DNA of 64,000 nt, from assembly GCA_023129115.1 (NCBI GenBank), contig JAGMCR010000003.1, forward strand, positions 32,001-96,000, read 5' to 3'. The notes beneath the pieces were generated by a model. The model did no database searches, was not told the DNA's origin, and saw only the letters and a program-made list of their open reading frames with translations. Positions 1-9,024 of this stretch are shown here, piece by piece. Positions within the stretch are counted from its first letter, which is position 1, and each line of letters starts with the position of its first letter. Position numbers and translations under genes: made by a program. This stretch comes from Candidatus Iainarchaeum sp. (GTDB taxonomy: Archaea > B1Sed10-29 > WALL01).

Positions 1-24
1 AAGGACACGCAACTTACTGGCCTC

Positions 25-954
25 ATGGCCGTGGTGCTGATAATCTCGATTGCGGCGCTGTTCCTCGGCGCAAGCGCGTACCTCAGGGAGCCGGCGCCCG
101 CCACTGGCGTGCATCTCGCCGAGGCGCCTGCCGGGACAGTTGTCGAGGCATACGAGGGCCCGAAGTACACCGGGACCGGCACGGGCTACGTGATAGAGTT
201 CGAGAACGGGAAGCGCCTGCACTTCGCCGGCGACACCGCGCTCATCAGCGACTTCAAGTTCGTCATCCGCGACCACTACCACCCGGACATTGGATTGTTC
301 CCCGCCGACGGGTTCTACTGCATGGACTCGAAGCTGGCGGCTGTCGCGGCCTCGTGGGTGAACCCAGAGTACGCAATCCCTTACCACTACGGCACTTTCC
401 CGGAGATGCCGCCGAACCCGGAAGAGTTTGTGGCGGCGCTGGACGAGCTGAGGCTCAACAACGAGACCCGGGCAAAGCCGTTCATAGCAGAGCCGGGGAT
501 TGAGTGGGAGATTGAGGGAATCAGGGGGACCTGGCTCGGCCACGGCTCCTACTTCTTTGTGTCGCCCGGCGGAGTCAGGATTCTTGTTGACCCGTGGCTG
601 GAGGCGAACCCAATGTGCCCAGCCAAGTTCAAGGACATTGAGCACTTCAGGGAGGCCTACGGCGACATCGACTTAGTGCTCCTGACGCACGGGCACGTCG
701 ACCACTTCACCATTGGCGAGCTGATAAAAATTTGGGACGCCTACGAGCCAGTGGTAATCGCGCAGTGGGAGCTTGGCGGCTACATCGCCACAGAAAGTGA
801 TATGCCTGTCTGCCTGATAAACAAGGGCGGAATCGTCACAAAGGAAAAGATATTGCTGCAGGGGATTGTCCCGCCAGAGATAGTCAACGCCAAGAAGCTT
901 GACGGCATAAAAATAATGATGGTGCAGGCAGAGCACAGCTCTTCCCCGCCATAA
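25..954 (+). CDS. Membrane-anchored/secreted metal-dependent hydrolase, MBL fold (UPF0173/YtkL-like), circularly permuted; true start may lie before the window
   Basis: Hydrophobic N-terminus. C-half motifs (HFAGDT, YAIPYHYGTFP) come before N-half motifs (TWLGHGS, ILVDPW, LLTHGHVDH, AEHSS). The frame is open back to position 1. Confidence 0.85.
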   Translation: MAVVLIISIAALFLGASAYLREPAPATGVHLAEAPAGTVVEAYEGPKYTGTGTGYVIEFENGKRLHFAGDTALISDFKFVIRDHYHPDIGLFPADGFYCMDSKLAAVAASWVNPEYAIPYHYGTFPEMPPNPEEFVAALDELRLNNETRAKPFIAEPGIEWEIEGIRGTWLGHGSYFFVSPGGVRILVDPWLEANPMCPAKFKDIEHFREAYGDIDLVLLTHGHVDHFTIGELIKIWDAYEPVVIAQWELGGYIATESDMPVCLINKGGIVTKEKILLQGIVPPEIVNAKKLDGIKIMMVQAEHSSSPP

Positions 955-967
955 GCGGTGACTTGGA

Positions 968-2569
968 TTGGTAAGGCTTCTCTTCAGGCACAAGGTCACC
1001 ACAACATTTTGCGTCCTGCTGGTGTTCGCCGTCGCGTCTGTCACATACATGACAATTAGCACGCAGCAGGCGCAGCTTATGGCCAACCTAATCGATGCGA
1101 GGCTGTCAGAGGCAAAGATTATAGCGATGAGCGTTTCGTCGGCAGAAGTGAACTTTTCCCCTGCACACAAGCGCACCATAATCAAGGAGATGGGGATTGG
1201 GAAAGGCATTGTTTATTGCAGGCTGGTGAAGCCAAGCGGCGAAATATTCAGCTCAAGCATTCCTGCCGAGCATGGGCTGTTCATCGATGACCCTGCAACC
1301 TTCGCGGCCGAGCCAGTCGTCATCGACGACGTGTGGGAGGGGCAGCGGATTAAGGCCGCGGTCGCGCCAAGCTACCGCGGCTACACGGTTTGGGTTGGCT
1401 TCTCCACCGAGGAAGTCGGGAAAGCCGTGTCAGGAATGGTTTTGTACAACGTGCTCCTTGCTTTGGCCATTGTTGGCGTGGGGGCGGTTGTCTCGTTCTT
1501 CCTCGCCCAGAAGCTAACCCACCCAATCGACGAGCTTGGCGAAGGGGTCATAGCGATTGGCGAGGGCAATATGGGCCACAGGGTGCGCGTCATGTCGCAC
1601 GACGAACTTGGCGACCTGGCACGGGCGTTCAACTGGATGAGCGAACACTTGGAGCAGAGCAAGGCAGGGCTGGAAAAAACTGTGGAGGGGCGGACGGAGG
1701 AACTCACCACGAAGTCGGGAAAGCTCGAGAAGACCGTGGAAGAGCTTGAACAGATGCGCGCCGCCATGGAGAGCGTGATGGAAGACCTTTCCGAGGCGAA
1801 CGAGGGCCTGGAGCACGCGGATGAGATGCGCGAGGCCTTCCTCAGAAACATTGCACACGAGCTCAAGACCCCAATAACCATCATGAAATTGGACATAGAG
1901 CGCCTAATAAAAAGGGAGCGCAAAAAAGTCAAGCCGTACAAGGGGACCAAGGCCATCGGCCAAATGGACAACATAGAAATAATGGAAGACATTTTGGGTG
2001 GGACTGACAGGTTCAGTGTGACAGTCAAGAAAATACTCCACCTCTCGCGCCTCGAGGCTGGCGCAGTCGTGTACACCAAGCACATGCACAGCCCAGAAAA
2101 AATAGTTGATGGCGTGCTGGAGGAGTACCATCCACTTGCAAAGGGGCAGGGCCTATACCTCAAGGAAAAGCTGGGGAAATTGCCAAAAGTCTTTGTGGAC
2201 AGGGAGCAAATAGAGGAAGTCTTCCACAACTTAATCGGCAACGCAATAAAGTTCACCGAGGAGGGGGGCGTGACAGTCAGTGCCATGAAAGCCGGGGAGT
2301 ACGTGCGCTTCGAGGTGGAGGACACAGGCATTGGCATACCCCCAGACGCAATCCCGCACCTATTCACCAAGTTCTTCCAGGTCAGCAGCGGCCTGGCGCG
2401 CACCGCGCCTGGCACGGGCCTGGGCCTCGCGATATCCAAGGCCACTGTCGAGGCGCACGGGGGGAAGATTTGGGTTGAAAGCGAGTATGGCAAGGGCAGT
2501 AAGTTTATATTCATCTTGCCCATAGGTAAAGGGGCGGGCAAGCGCCCAGCAAAAAAGAGGGGGGGCTAA
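968..2569 (+). CDS. Membrane sensor histidine kinase (2 TM, HAMP, coiled coil, HisKA, HATPase)
   Basis: H-box AHELKTP, N-box NLIGNAIKFT, G1 DTGIGI, G2 GTGLGL; HAMP-like DELGDLARAFNWM. Confidence 0.95.
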   Translation: MVRLLFRHKVTTTFCVLLVFAVASVTYMTISTQQAQLMANLIDARLSEAKIIAMSVSSAEVNFSPAHKRTIIKEMGIGKGIVYCRLVKPSGEIFSSSIPAEHGLFIDDPATFAAEPVVIDDVWEGQRIKAAVAPSYRGYTVWVGFSTEEVGKAVSGMVLYNVLLALAIVGVGAVVSFFLAQKLTHPIDELGEGVIAIGEGNMGHRVRVMSHDELGDLARAFNWMSEHLEQSKAGLEKTVEGRTEELTTKSGKLEKTVEELEQMRAAMESVMEDLSEANEGLEHADEMREAFLRNIAHELKTPITIMKLDIERLIKRERKKVKPYKGTKAIGQMDNIEIMEDILGGTDRFSVTVKKILHLSRLEAGAVVYTKHMHSPEKIVDGVLEEYHPLAKGQGLYLKEKLGKLPKVFVDREQIEEVFHNLIGNAIKFTEEGGVTVSAMKAGEYVRFEVEDTGIGIPPDAIPHLFTKFFQVSSGLARTAPGTGLGLAISKATVEAHGGKIWVESEYGKGSKFIFILPIGKGAGKRPAKKRGG

Positions 2570-2573
2570 GCAA

Positions 2574-2939
2574 ATGAAGGTAATGATTGTCGAGGACGAG
2601 CCGGATGTCGCGAAAGCAATCAAGGGCGTGCTCGTGGACGAAGGATTTGGGGTGGAGATAGCCCTCGGCGGCAAGGATTGCCTGGAGAAGCTGAAGAAAA
2701 GCGAGCCGGACGTCATCCTTCTCGACATACTCATGCCCATAATGGACGGCACAGAAGTCCTGCGGCGGCTGAAGAAGGACAAGAAGACCGCGAAAATCCC
2801 GGTGATTGTGCTCACAGCTGTTTCTGCCGAGTCAGAGGTCAAGAAAACGCTTGAGGAAATCGACCCCAAGATTGGGTTCATCGAAAAGCCGTACAGCATC
2901 GACCAGATACTCGCGGAGATAAAGAAGCTCGTGAAATAA
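2574..2939 (+). CDS. Stand-alone response regulator receiver domain
   Basis: VEDE acidic pocket, phospho-Asp in LLDILMP, conserved T and KP; no output domain. Confidence 0.95.
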   Translation: MKVMIVEDEPDVAKAIKGVLVDEGFGVEIALGGKDCLEKLKKSEPDVILLDILMPIMDGTEVLRRLKKDKKTAKIPVIVLTAVSAESEVKKTLEEIDPKIGFIEKPYSIDQILAEIKKLVK

Positions 2940-2949
2940 GGCGGCAGCT

Positions 2950-3720
2950 TCACTTTGCGAGCATGCTGGCCTCGAACTCGCAGTAAGTGTCGCCAAGGCC
3001 CCAGCACTTTGTTTCTTGGACAGTGATGTTGAACGCCCCCATGAAGTGTATGACGGCAGACCTCAGCAGCTCTTTTTCCAGGTGGCAGTACGGCTCGCCA
3101 ATCTGTGGGCATGCCGTGTACGCACAGCCGTACACGCGGGCAACAAAAAGGCCTTTCTTTGTTTTTTCGCACTCGAGTTCGCCGAGCTTCATCTCCGAAA
3201 AAAACTTTTTGAGCGCGGTCAGGAGCTCGTCCAGGCTTTGCGGCCGGGCCTGTTCCACTGCGCACCTCCCAAGTTCGCTGCCCACGAGCTCCATGAGCCT
3301 CTTCGTGGCAAAAGCGCCCTTTAGCTCAAGCGAGGCCAGGTGAATGTGGGGGAACAGCCGGTAGCTGACCCCGCCCTTCTTCACCGCGGGCAGGCTCGAG
3401 TAGTGCTTGGCGTTTGCTTCTTCCTTGGTGTGCGTTGCCAGGACAGCAGAGGCATCGAGGCCTAGGCCAAGTGCCTTGCCCATGTCCACGAGCGCCTGGG
3501 CTATCTTGGCCACTACCTTGGGCAGGCAGGCGGATGGGTCTTCGTGGTCGAGGTACACGACGCGCAGCAAGCCATTCGGAAAGACCTGGAAGCCGAAGCC
3601 ATCAAACGTGGCTTGCGCGAGTTCCGCGCCCCTGACGTTCTTGAAGTAATCAATAGAAGAAACGAGTTTGCTTATGTCAATTGGCTTCCCGAGGTCGTAG
3701 AGTTCCGAGACCGCTTGCAT
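2950..3720 (-). CDS. V4R domain protein with an unassigned N-terminal domain
   Basis: C-terminal V4R cysteine pattern (GCAY, PYCH, ETKCWGLGDTYCEF). Start set at ATG 3720, downstream of a TATA-like element. Confidence 0.8.
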   Translation of the reverse strand: MQAVSELYDLGKPIDISKLVSSIDYFKNVRGAELAQATFDGFGFQVFPNGLLRVVYLDHEDPSACLPKVVAKIAQALVDMGKALGLGLDASAVLATHTKEEANAKHYSSLPAVKKGGVSYRLFPHIHLASLELKGAFATKRLMELVGSELGRCAVEQARPQSLDELLTALKKFFSEMKLGELECEKTKKGLFVARVYGCAYTACPQIGEPYCHLEKELLRSAVIHFMGAFNITVQETKCWGLGDTYCEFEASMLAK

Positions 3721-4132
3721 TAAAAAGATTTCACGCGGACCGTATATAAATGTTTCATGGGGGTGCGAACGAATCGTAAAGCACGAAGAACACCAGGGCA
3801 AGGATTATTTACTGCTGTTGGCCGGCACGGCAAAAGCCTTAAACCCCAAAACCCGATTTTTTAGCATGAGCGAGGGCTCCATCCTGGACCGCATTGACGG
3901 GCTGTGCGAGGACAAGAAGGTAGTGGCAGAGCTGAAGAAGGGGCTCGGCGAGGGGCCGCCAAGGGAAAGAAAGAGCTGGGATTGGAGGGCGGGGAGGACT
4001 AGCGCCGTTTAGGCAATAGCACTCGTGCAAGAGGATTACACCAGATACAAACCCCGATTTTGATATAGAAGTGAGAGCTTGTTTTCAGGCAATAAACCAA
4101 TACAGACTCACCAATGTAAATACGGAGGAGGC

Positions 4133-4726
4133 TTACTCTTTTTCTCTCAGCAAGCAGTCTTGAAAGTGACTTTCATCAAGTAATATAGTCTCATCACAGG
4201 CAGTCAGTATGTGGTTCGACATAGAAAATCGCGAACCCCGGATATAATCGCTAAAGTAGTAAAGAATAACTTTGATCCCTCTGGCAGTTCTTAGTCTATT
4301 CAAAATAGGAACGAAATCAGTATCACAAGCAAGGAGAATAATTGTTTTTGTGTGTTGGGGAATGTCCATAAGATCCATGACGAGCATTGTATCGACCCCT
4401 TTTTGGATGTAGTCATCACCCCCTTTTTGACATCGTCCTTCTCTCACACGAAAGTTGGGTATGCGTGTTACCTTATTAACGAATTTATCGTAGTTTGCCC
4501 TTCTAGTTATCTCATCTTCTGTTGGTGAAGGACTTTGGTAAGGTGGAGCAGTATAGTAGTATACGCCTGCACACCACAAATTCTGCTTTTTTGCTAAACT
4601 AATGGCAAGTTGGTTATAATCGATTTTTAGATATTTTCCTTTACCAAAATGTTTAGATATGTGGGATAGATACCCCGCGTCTATAAAAACTAAAGCATTC
4701 TCCATGGAGTAACTCCGGAGAGACAT
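4133..4726 (-). CDS. NYN domain (LabA/DUF88, PIN-like) ribonuclease; alternative start 4705
   Basis: FIDAGY, YYY, QKGVDTMLVMD and ACDTDFVP motifs; visibly AT-richer than its flanks. Confidence 0.9.
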   Translation of the reverse strand: MSLRSYSMENALVFIDAGYLSHISKHFGKGKYLKIDYNQLAISLAKKQNLWCAGVYYYTAPPYQSPSPTEDEITRRANYDKFVNKVTRIPNFRVREGRCQKGGDDYIQKGVDTMLVMDLMDIPQHTKTIILLACDTDFVPILNRLRTARGIKVILYYFSDYIRGSRFSMSNHILTACDETILLDESHFQDCLLREKE

Positions 4727-4881
4727 CCAGCATCCCCGTAGGAATGCTGGGGATCATGTTAATATTTGTTGGGGTATCGAAGGTTTATAAAGATTCCTAC
4801 TGACCCCCTTTAAACTACTATTCACTTGAACATCTTCCTTATCGCCTGTATAGCCTCAGTCTTCGAGTATGTATCCCCATG

Positions 4882-5442
4882 TTAAAGCACTACCGGCGGC
4901 CCATGGCCAGGCAAAAGAATGGAGTAGCCGAGGCCGCGGAGCAATGCGAGGGATTTTTCCATTGCGTTTTCGTCGCCGCCGGGAAGGTCGGTTCTTCCGA
5001 AGCCGTCGGCGAACAGGGTGTCGCCGCTGATTAGTATGTTGCCTTTATGGAGGCAGATGGAGCCGGCGGTGTGGCCCGGCGTGTGGATGACAGCCCAGCC
5101 GTGGAATTCTTTGCCGAGCGGCTGGGGGGTTGAGCCAGAGAGTTTTTCTCCGAACATTCCTGAAGCAGTATACTCGGGATCGGCCTTGGCCAGGTAGGGC
5201 AGGTCTGCTCCGTGGATGTATACAGGACAAGAAAAATACTTGTTGCCGCCGACGTGGTCGAAGTGGCAGTGCGTGTTCACGATTGCGTCGATGGGGTGGC
5301 CCGCGAGCTCTTTCTTCAAGTAGTCGATGTTTTCCCCGGTGCCGGTGTCCACGAGGAAAGTGACGTCAGAGACAACGAGGATTGAGTTCGAGTCGTAGCC
5401 GCGGCCGGGGACGAAGTAGACCGAGTCAGTGATTTTGTCCAT
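4882..5442 (-). CDS. MBL-fold hydrolase (glyoxalase II-like)
   Basis: THCHFDH, HTPGHT, SGDTLF and PGHG motifs. Confidence 0.9.
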   Translation of the reverse strand: MDKITDSVYFVPGRGYDSNSILVVSDVTFLVDTGTGENIDYLKKELAGHPIDAIVNTHCHFDHVGGNKYFSCPVYIHGADLPYLAKADPEYTASGMFGEKLSGSTPQPLGKEFHGWAVIHTPGHTAGSICLHKGNILISGDTLFADGFGRTDLPGGDENAMEKSLALLRGLGYSILLPGHGPPVVL

Positions 5443-5483
5443 TGGAGGGATTTGGGGGCGTGATGGTTAATAAATGGCGTCTC

Positions 5484-5514
5484 GGGGGGCAGCGCTAATT
5501 GGGCGCTGCCCCCC
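5484..5514. repeat. Perfect 12-bp inverted repeat in a divergent intergenic region
   Basis: GGGGGGCAGCGC-TAATTGG-GCGCTGCCCCCC. Confidence 0.85.
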
Positions 5515-5606
5515 AATTTTTGGGGGTTCATGATGATTTTTGTGGTTTCATCCTCGGCAAGCCGTATGCCTCTCTTTATAAATGCTGTGGCGGCGTTGCC
5601 ATACGC

Positions 5607-6851
5607 ATGGTCAACGAAGTGCTCGAGAACAGGGACCTGATTGTCGAGAAGCTGGTCGAGGCAGGAATGTCCAGCGATGATGTAGAGGCGGCAATCAAGG
5701 AAAAGCAGGACGAATACGGCGGCCTGCTCACCGAGGCAGGGGCGGCATACTCAATCGCCAAGGAAAAGGGCGTGGACGTTGGTTTGGACCCCGAGCCGGT
5801 CATGGCCAAAATCAACGAGGTCAGGCCTGGTGTCGAGGGCGTGGACGTCGAGGGCGACGTAACGCAGGTCTTCCCGGTCAAGGAATGGGAAAAGGACGGC
5901 AAGTCCGGCCGCGTCGGGAGCTTCATAGTCAAGGACGGCACCGGCGAAATCCGGGTCACGCTGTGGAACAATGCCTGTGACTTGATAGAGAACGGCGAAG
6001 TCCAGCGCGGCGCAAAAGTCAAGGTAATCAACGCGTCCGCCCGCGAGCGCAACGGCATGGCCGAATTAAGCATGGGGTACAGCAGCGAAGTCAAAGTCGT
6101 CGAGAAGGGCGTGCCGCAGCTGACAAAGCTAAGTGATGTTGCGGAGGGGATGAACGACGTAAACTTCGCCGCGAGAATCGAAAGGATTTTCCCGCTCACC
6201 GAGTTCGAGCGGCAGGGAAAACAGGGGAAAGTTCTTTCGATGATTGTGTCTGACGGCACGGAGAGGCGGCTCGCGCTCTGGGACGACAACGCGCGCTGGG
6301 ACGGAAAGGTGAGGGAAGGCGACACAATCCTGGTCGAGGGCGCTTACGTAAGGGTCAACCGCGGGAAGCCGGAACTGAACCTGGGGTGGAGGGGGAGATT
6401 AATCCAGAACCCCGAGGGAATAGCTCTTGCAGGCATTGGAAGGGCAGAGGTGTCACGGCTTGGCGCCGGAGAAAAAAAAGAGATTCGTGCGACAGTCGTG
6501 AAGGTCTACCCGCCCACGGTCTACCAAGTGTGCGAGAAGTGCGGCAAGAAGCACGACGGCGAGTGCTGTGGCCCGGCGAAGCCTGCGATTGTTGTTAATG
6601 CAGAATTGGACGACGGCACGGGCGTGGTGCGGGGCGTGTTCTTCCGCGACCAGGCCGAGAAATTGCTGGGCACCACTGCAGAGGAGTGCGCGAAGGGCGG
6701 CGAGCCCGGTGAGGCGAAAGCGCTGGGCACGGAAATGGTCTTCAGCGGCACGCCGCGGCACAACGAGGCGTTCGGCCGCGACGAGTTCATAGTGCGCGAG
6801 TTCCACGAAGTGAATGTTGAACAGGAAATAGAAATGCTCAAAGGTGAATGA
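5607..6851 (+). CDS. rpa: Replication protein A (multi-OB-fold ssDNA-binding protein with Zn finger)
   Basis: Repeated OB-fold signatures (DGTGEIRVTLW, SDGTERRLALW, LDDGTG), a CxxC..CC Zn finger, and position directly upstream of radA. Confidence 0.88.
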   Translation: MVNEVLENRDLIVEKLVEAGMSSDDVEAAIKEKQDEYGGLLTEAGAAYSIAKEKGVDVGLDPEPVMAKINEVRPGVEGVDVEGDVTQVFPVKEWEKDGKSGRVGSFIVKDGTGEIRVTLWNNACDLIENGEVQRGAKVKVINASARERNGMAELSMGYSSEVKVVEKGVPQLTKLSDVAEGMNDVNFAARIERIFPLTEFERQGKQGKVLSMIVSDGTERRLALWDDNARWDGKVREGDTILVEGAYVRVNRGKPELNLGWRGRLIQNPEGIALAGIGRAEVSRLGAGEKKEIRATVVKVYPPTVYQVCEKCGKKHDGECCGPAKPAIVVNAELDDGTGVVRGVFFRDQAEKLLGTTAEECAKGGEPGEAKALGTEMVFSGTPRHNEAFGRDEFIVREFHEVNVEQEIEMLKGE

Positions 6852-6854
6852 AAA

Positions 6855-7802
6855 ATGACTGAAAAAGCGAATGACATTGAAGCGCTGCCCGGCGTTGGCT
6901 CGGCCACGGCAGAGAAGCTCCGCGAAGCGGGCTACAGGGGCGTCGAAAGCATTGCGGTCGCCGCGGTCGGGGAATTGATGGACGCGACTGGAATGGGCGA
7001 AAGCATCTGCAAAAAGCTGATCAAGTACGCCGGCGACTCGTGCGAAATGGGTTTCGAGACCGCGAACCAGTTGATGGAGAAGCGCGCGAGCGTCGGAAGA
7101 ATCACGACAGGGTCCAAGGCGCTGGACGAGCTGCTGGGCGGCGGGATTGAGACTAGGTCAATCAGCGAATTTTATGGGAGGTTCGGGAGCGCAAAGACCC
7201 AGGTTGCGCTGCAGGTGTGCATCAACGCGCAATTGCCCGTGGAGCAGGGCGGGCTCGGCGGCGGCGCGCTCTACATCGACACTGAGGGCGCGTTCAGGCC
7301 AGAGCGCGTCAGGCAAATGGCCGAGGCCGCGGGACTGGACCAGACTGAAGCGCTGGAAAAGATTTTCATCGCGCGCGCGTTCAACTCGGACCACCAGATG
7401 CTGCTCGCGGAAAAGGCATCGGACATGATAGAGGAAAACGACATCAAGCTCGTTGTGGTCGACTCACTGACGAGCGCGTTCCGCGCGGAGTACGTCGGCA
7501 GGGGCACGCTGGCCGGCCGGCAGCAGAAATTGAACCGGCACCTGCACGCCCTGCAGAGGCTGGCGGACCTCAATAATCTGGCGATTATCGTTACGAACCA
7601 GGTCATGGCGAACCCCGGGCTCTTGTTCGGCGACCCGACCACGCCAATCGGCGGGCACATCGTTGGGCACCAGAGCACTTACCGCGTCTACCTGCGGAAC
7701 AGCCAGGGCGAGAAGAGGATTGCGCGGCTCGTTGATTCTCCTTGTCTGGCTGACGGCGAAGTTGTCTTTAAAGTTACTGGGAAAGGCATTGAAGACGCAT
7801 GA
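6855..7802 (+). CDS. radA: DNA repair and recombination protein RadA
   Basis: N-terminal HhH (LPGVG), Walker A variant [28 protein letters not shown]. Confidence 0.97.
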   Translation: MTEKANDIEALPGVGSATAEKLREAGYRGVESIAVAAVGELMDATGMGESICKKLIKYAGDSCEMGFETANQLMEKRASVGRITTGSKALDELLGGGIETRSISEFYGRFGSAKTQVALQVCINAQLPVEQGGLGGGALYIDTEGAFRPERVRQMAEAAGLDQTEALEKIFIARAFNSDHQMLLAEKASDMIEENDIKLVVVDSLTSAFRAEYVGRGTLAGRQQKLNRHLHALQRLADLNNLAIIVTNQVMANPGLLFGDPTTPIGGHIVGHQSTYRVYLRNSQGEKRIARLVDSPCLADGEVVFKVTGKGIEDA

Positions 7803-8473
7803 CGGCTTCCATAAAGGAGTTGGCCCCCAATGACCGCCCCAGGGAGCGGCTGGAAGCAGAGGGGGCCGCCGCCCTAAGCAATTCCGAGTTAGTGGCGATT
7901 ATACTGAATTCTGGCACCCGAAACGAAAACGCGATTGCTGTCGCCCAGGAACTGCTCGGCAAAGAAAAACTCGCGAGACTCCCGGGATTAGGTGTGAGGA
8001 AGCTGTGCGAATCCAAAGGAATTGGCAAAGCAAAGGCGTGCAGGCTAATCGCTGCAGTCGAGCTTGGGAAAAGGGCTCTTTCAGCGCCGGCCGAGGGAGC
8101 AGTCATAAAAAGCGCGGCTGACGCTGTGGGAGTGGCACTGCCTTCACTCGCGAACCGGAAAAAAGAAGTGTTCGTCGGCCTCTACATCGGCACAAAAAAC
8201 CGGCTCCTGAAAAAAGAGGTTATATCGATTGGGAGCGTTGACAAAACTGTTGTCCACGCCCGCGAAGTCTTCAAGCCCGCCATAGAAGAGTCTGCGTCAG
8301 GCGTTGTCTTGCTGCACAACCACCCGTCCGGTGACCCTTCCCCCAGTGAAGAAGACATAGAACTGACAAAAGAGTTAGGGGCGGCAGGAGAACTGATTGG
8401 GATAGAACTTCTTGACCACATAATAGTCGGCAAAAACAGTTACGCAAGCACGCGCGAGTCGGGAATTATTTAG
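7799..8473 (+). CDS. radC: RadC/UPF0758 JAB-domain protein
   Basis: RPRERL, Hh[35 protein letters not shown]. Confidence 0.93.
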   Translation: MTASIKELAPNDRPRERLEAEGAAALSNSELVAIILNSGTRNENAIAVAQELLGKEKLARLPGLGVRKLCESKGIGKAKACRLIAAVELGKRALSAPAEGAVIKSAADAVGVALPSLANRKKEVFVGLYIGTKNRLLKKEVISIGSVDKTVVHAREVFKPAIEESASGVVLLHNHPSGDPSPSEEDIELTKELGAAGELIGIELLDHIIVGKNSYASTRESGII

Positions 8474-8744
8474 AAAGGCGGCCCTCCCACTCGAGGACCT
8501 CTCTCACGAACTTGTTTCCCTTGGGAGTGAGGGAATAAACCGCGAAAACATCGCCATCTTTTTTCCTTGGCTCTTTAACAACAAGACGATAATCCACTGC
8601 TTTTTTCAGGTTTTCAGACACTGTTTTGTCACTTTTTTCAGTAGTCCTCTTTAATTCGGAATAGCGCTTGCTTCCCTTCTTCAGTGTCACCAGTATCTCA
8701 AAAAATGCTCCAGCAGATGCTTCAGAAACAGCAGTTTTTGTCAT
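8466..8744 (-). CDS. Winged-helix transcriptional regulator (HxlR/ArsR-like)
   Basis: KRYSEL..TVSENLK..LV..YSLTPKG pattern. Confidence 0.8.
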   Translation of the reverse strand: MTKTAVSEASAGAFFEILVTLKKGSKRYSELKRTTEKSDKTVSENLKKAVDYRLVVKEPRKKDGDVFAVYSLTPKGNKFVREVLEWEGRLSK

Positions 8745-8801
8745 TGCTAAGCATAGACTGGTTTCGTTAAAATACCATTATCTTTATATATTATAGAGTG
8801 G

Positions 8802-8820
8802 ACTTTACCACTAGTAAAGT
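8802..8820. promoter_or_regulatory. Candidate operator palindrome next to a TATA box
   Basis: ACTTTAC-CACTA-GTAAAGT, lying just downstream of TTTATATA (8783-8790) between divergent genes. Confidence 0.5.
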
Positions 8821-8835
8821 AAGAGTGGTGGGCGC

Positions 8836-8988
8836 ATGACCCAAAAGAGCATACGGGACTACGAGAAGAAGCTGATGAAGGAATGCATAGAAGACGCCGA
8901 AAAAGTAATTGGGCCCAAATCCCCGGCAGCAGTTGCGTATATTGCAACTTCTTTTTTCAGGCTGCGCAGAAAATCCAATAACTTTTAA
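8836..8988 (+). CDS. Small hypothetical protein, 50 aa (not in the ORF track)
   Basis: GGTG RBS-like motif, then ATG; MTQKSIRDYEKKLMKECIEDAEKVIG...; leads into lemA. Confidence 0.55.
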   Translation: MTQKSIRDYEKKLMKECIEDAEKVIGPKSPAAVAYIATSFFRLRRKSNNF

Positions 8989-9024
8989 TACTGGGTCTTC
9001 GTCTTGAGTGCGGGGTGTAAACCA

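Noticed and set aside
1381-2541. Long antisense/alternative-frame ORFs (for example 1381-2541, 23073-24830, 29113-30402, 38236-40266)
   Set aside because: Shadows of well-supported genes on the opposite strand in GC-rich DNA; no motifs.
3866-4012. 48-aa ORF MSEGSILDRIDG..., possibly an antitoxin-like remnant
   Set aside because: Too short and no diagnostic motif; could be real but cannot be supported.
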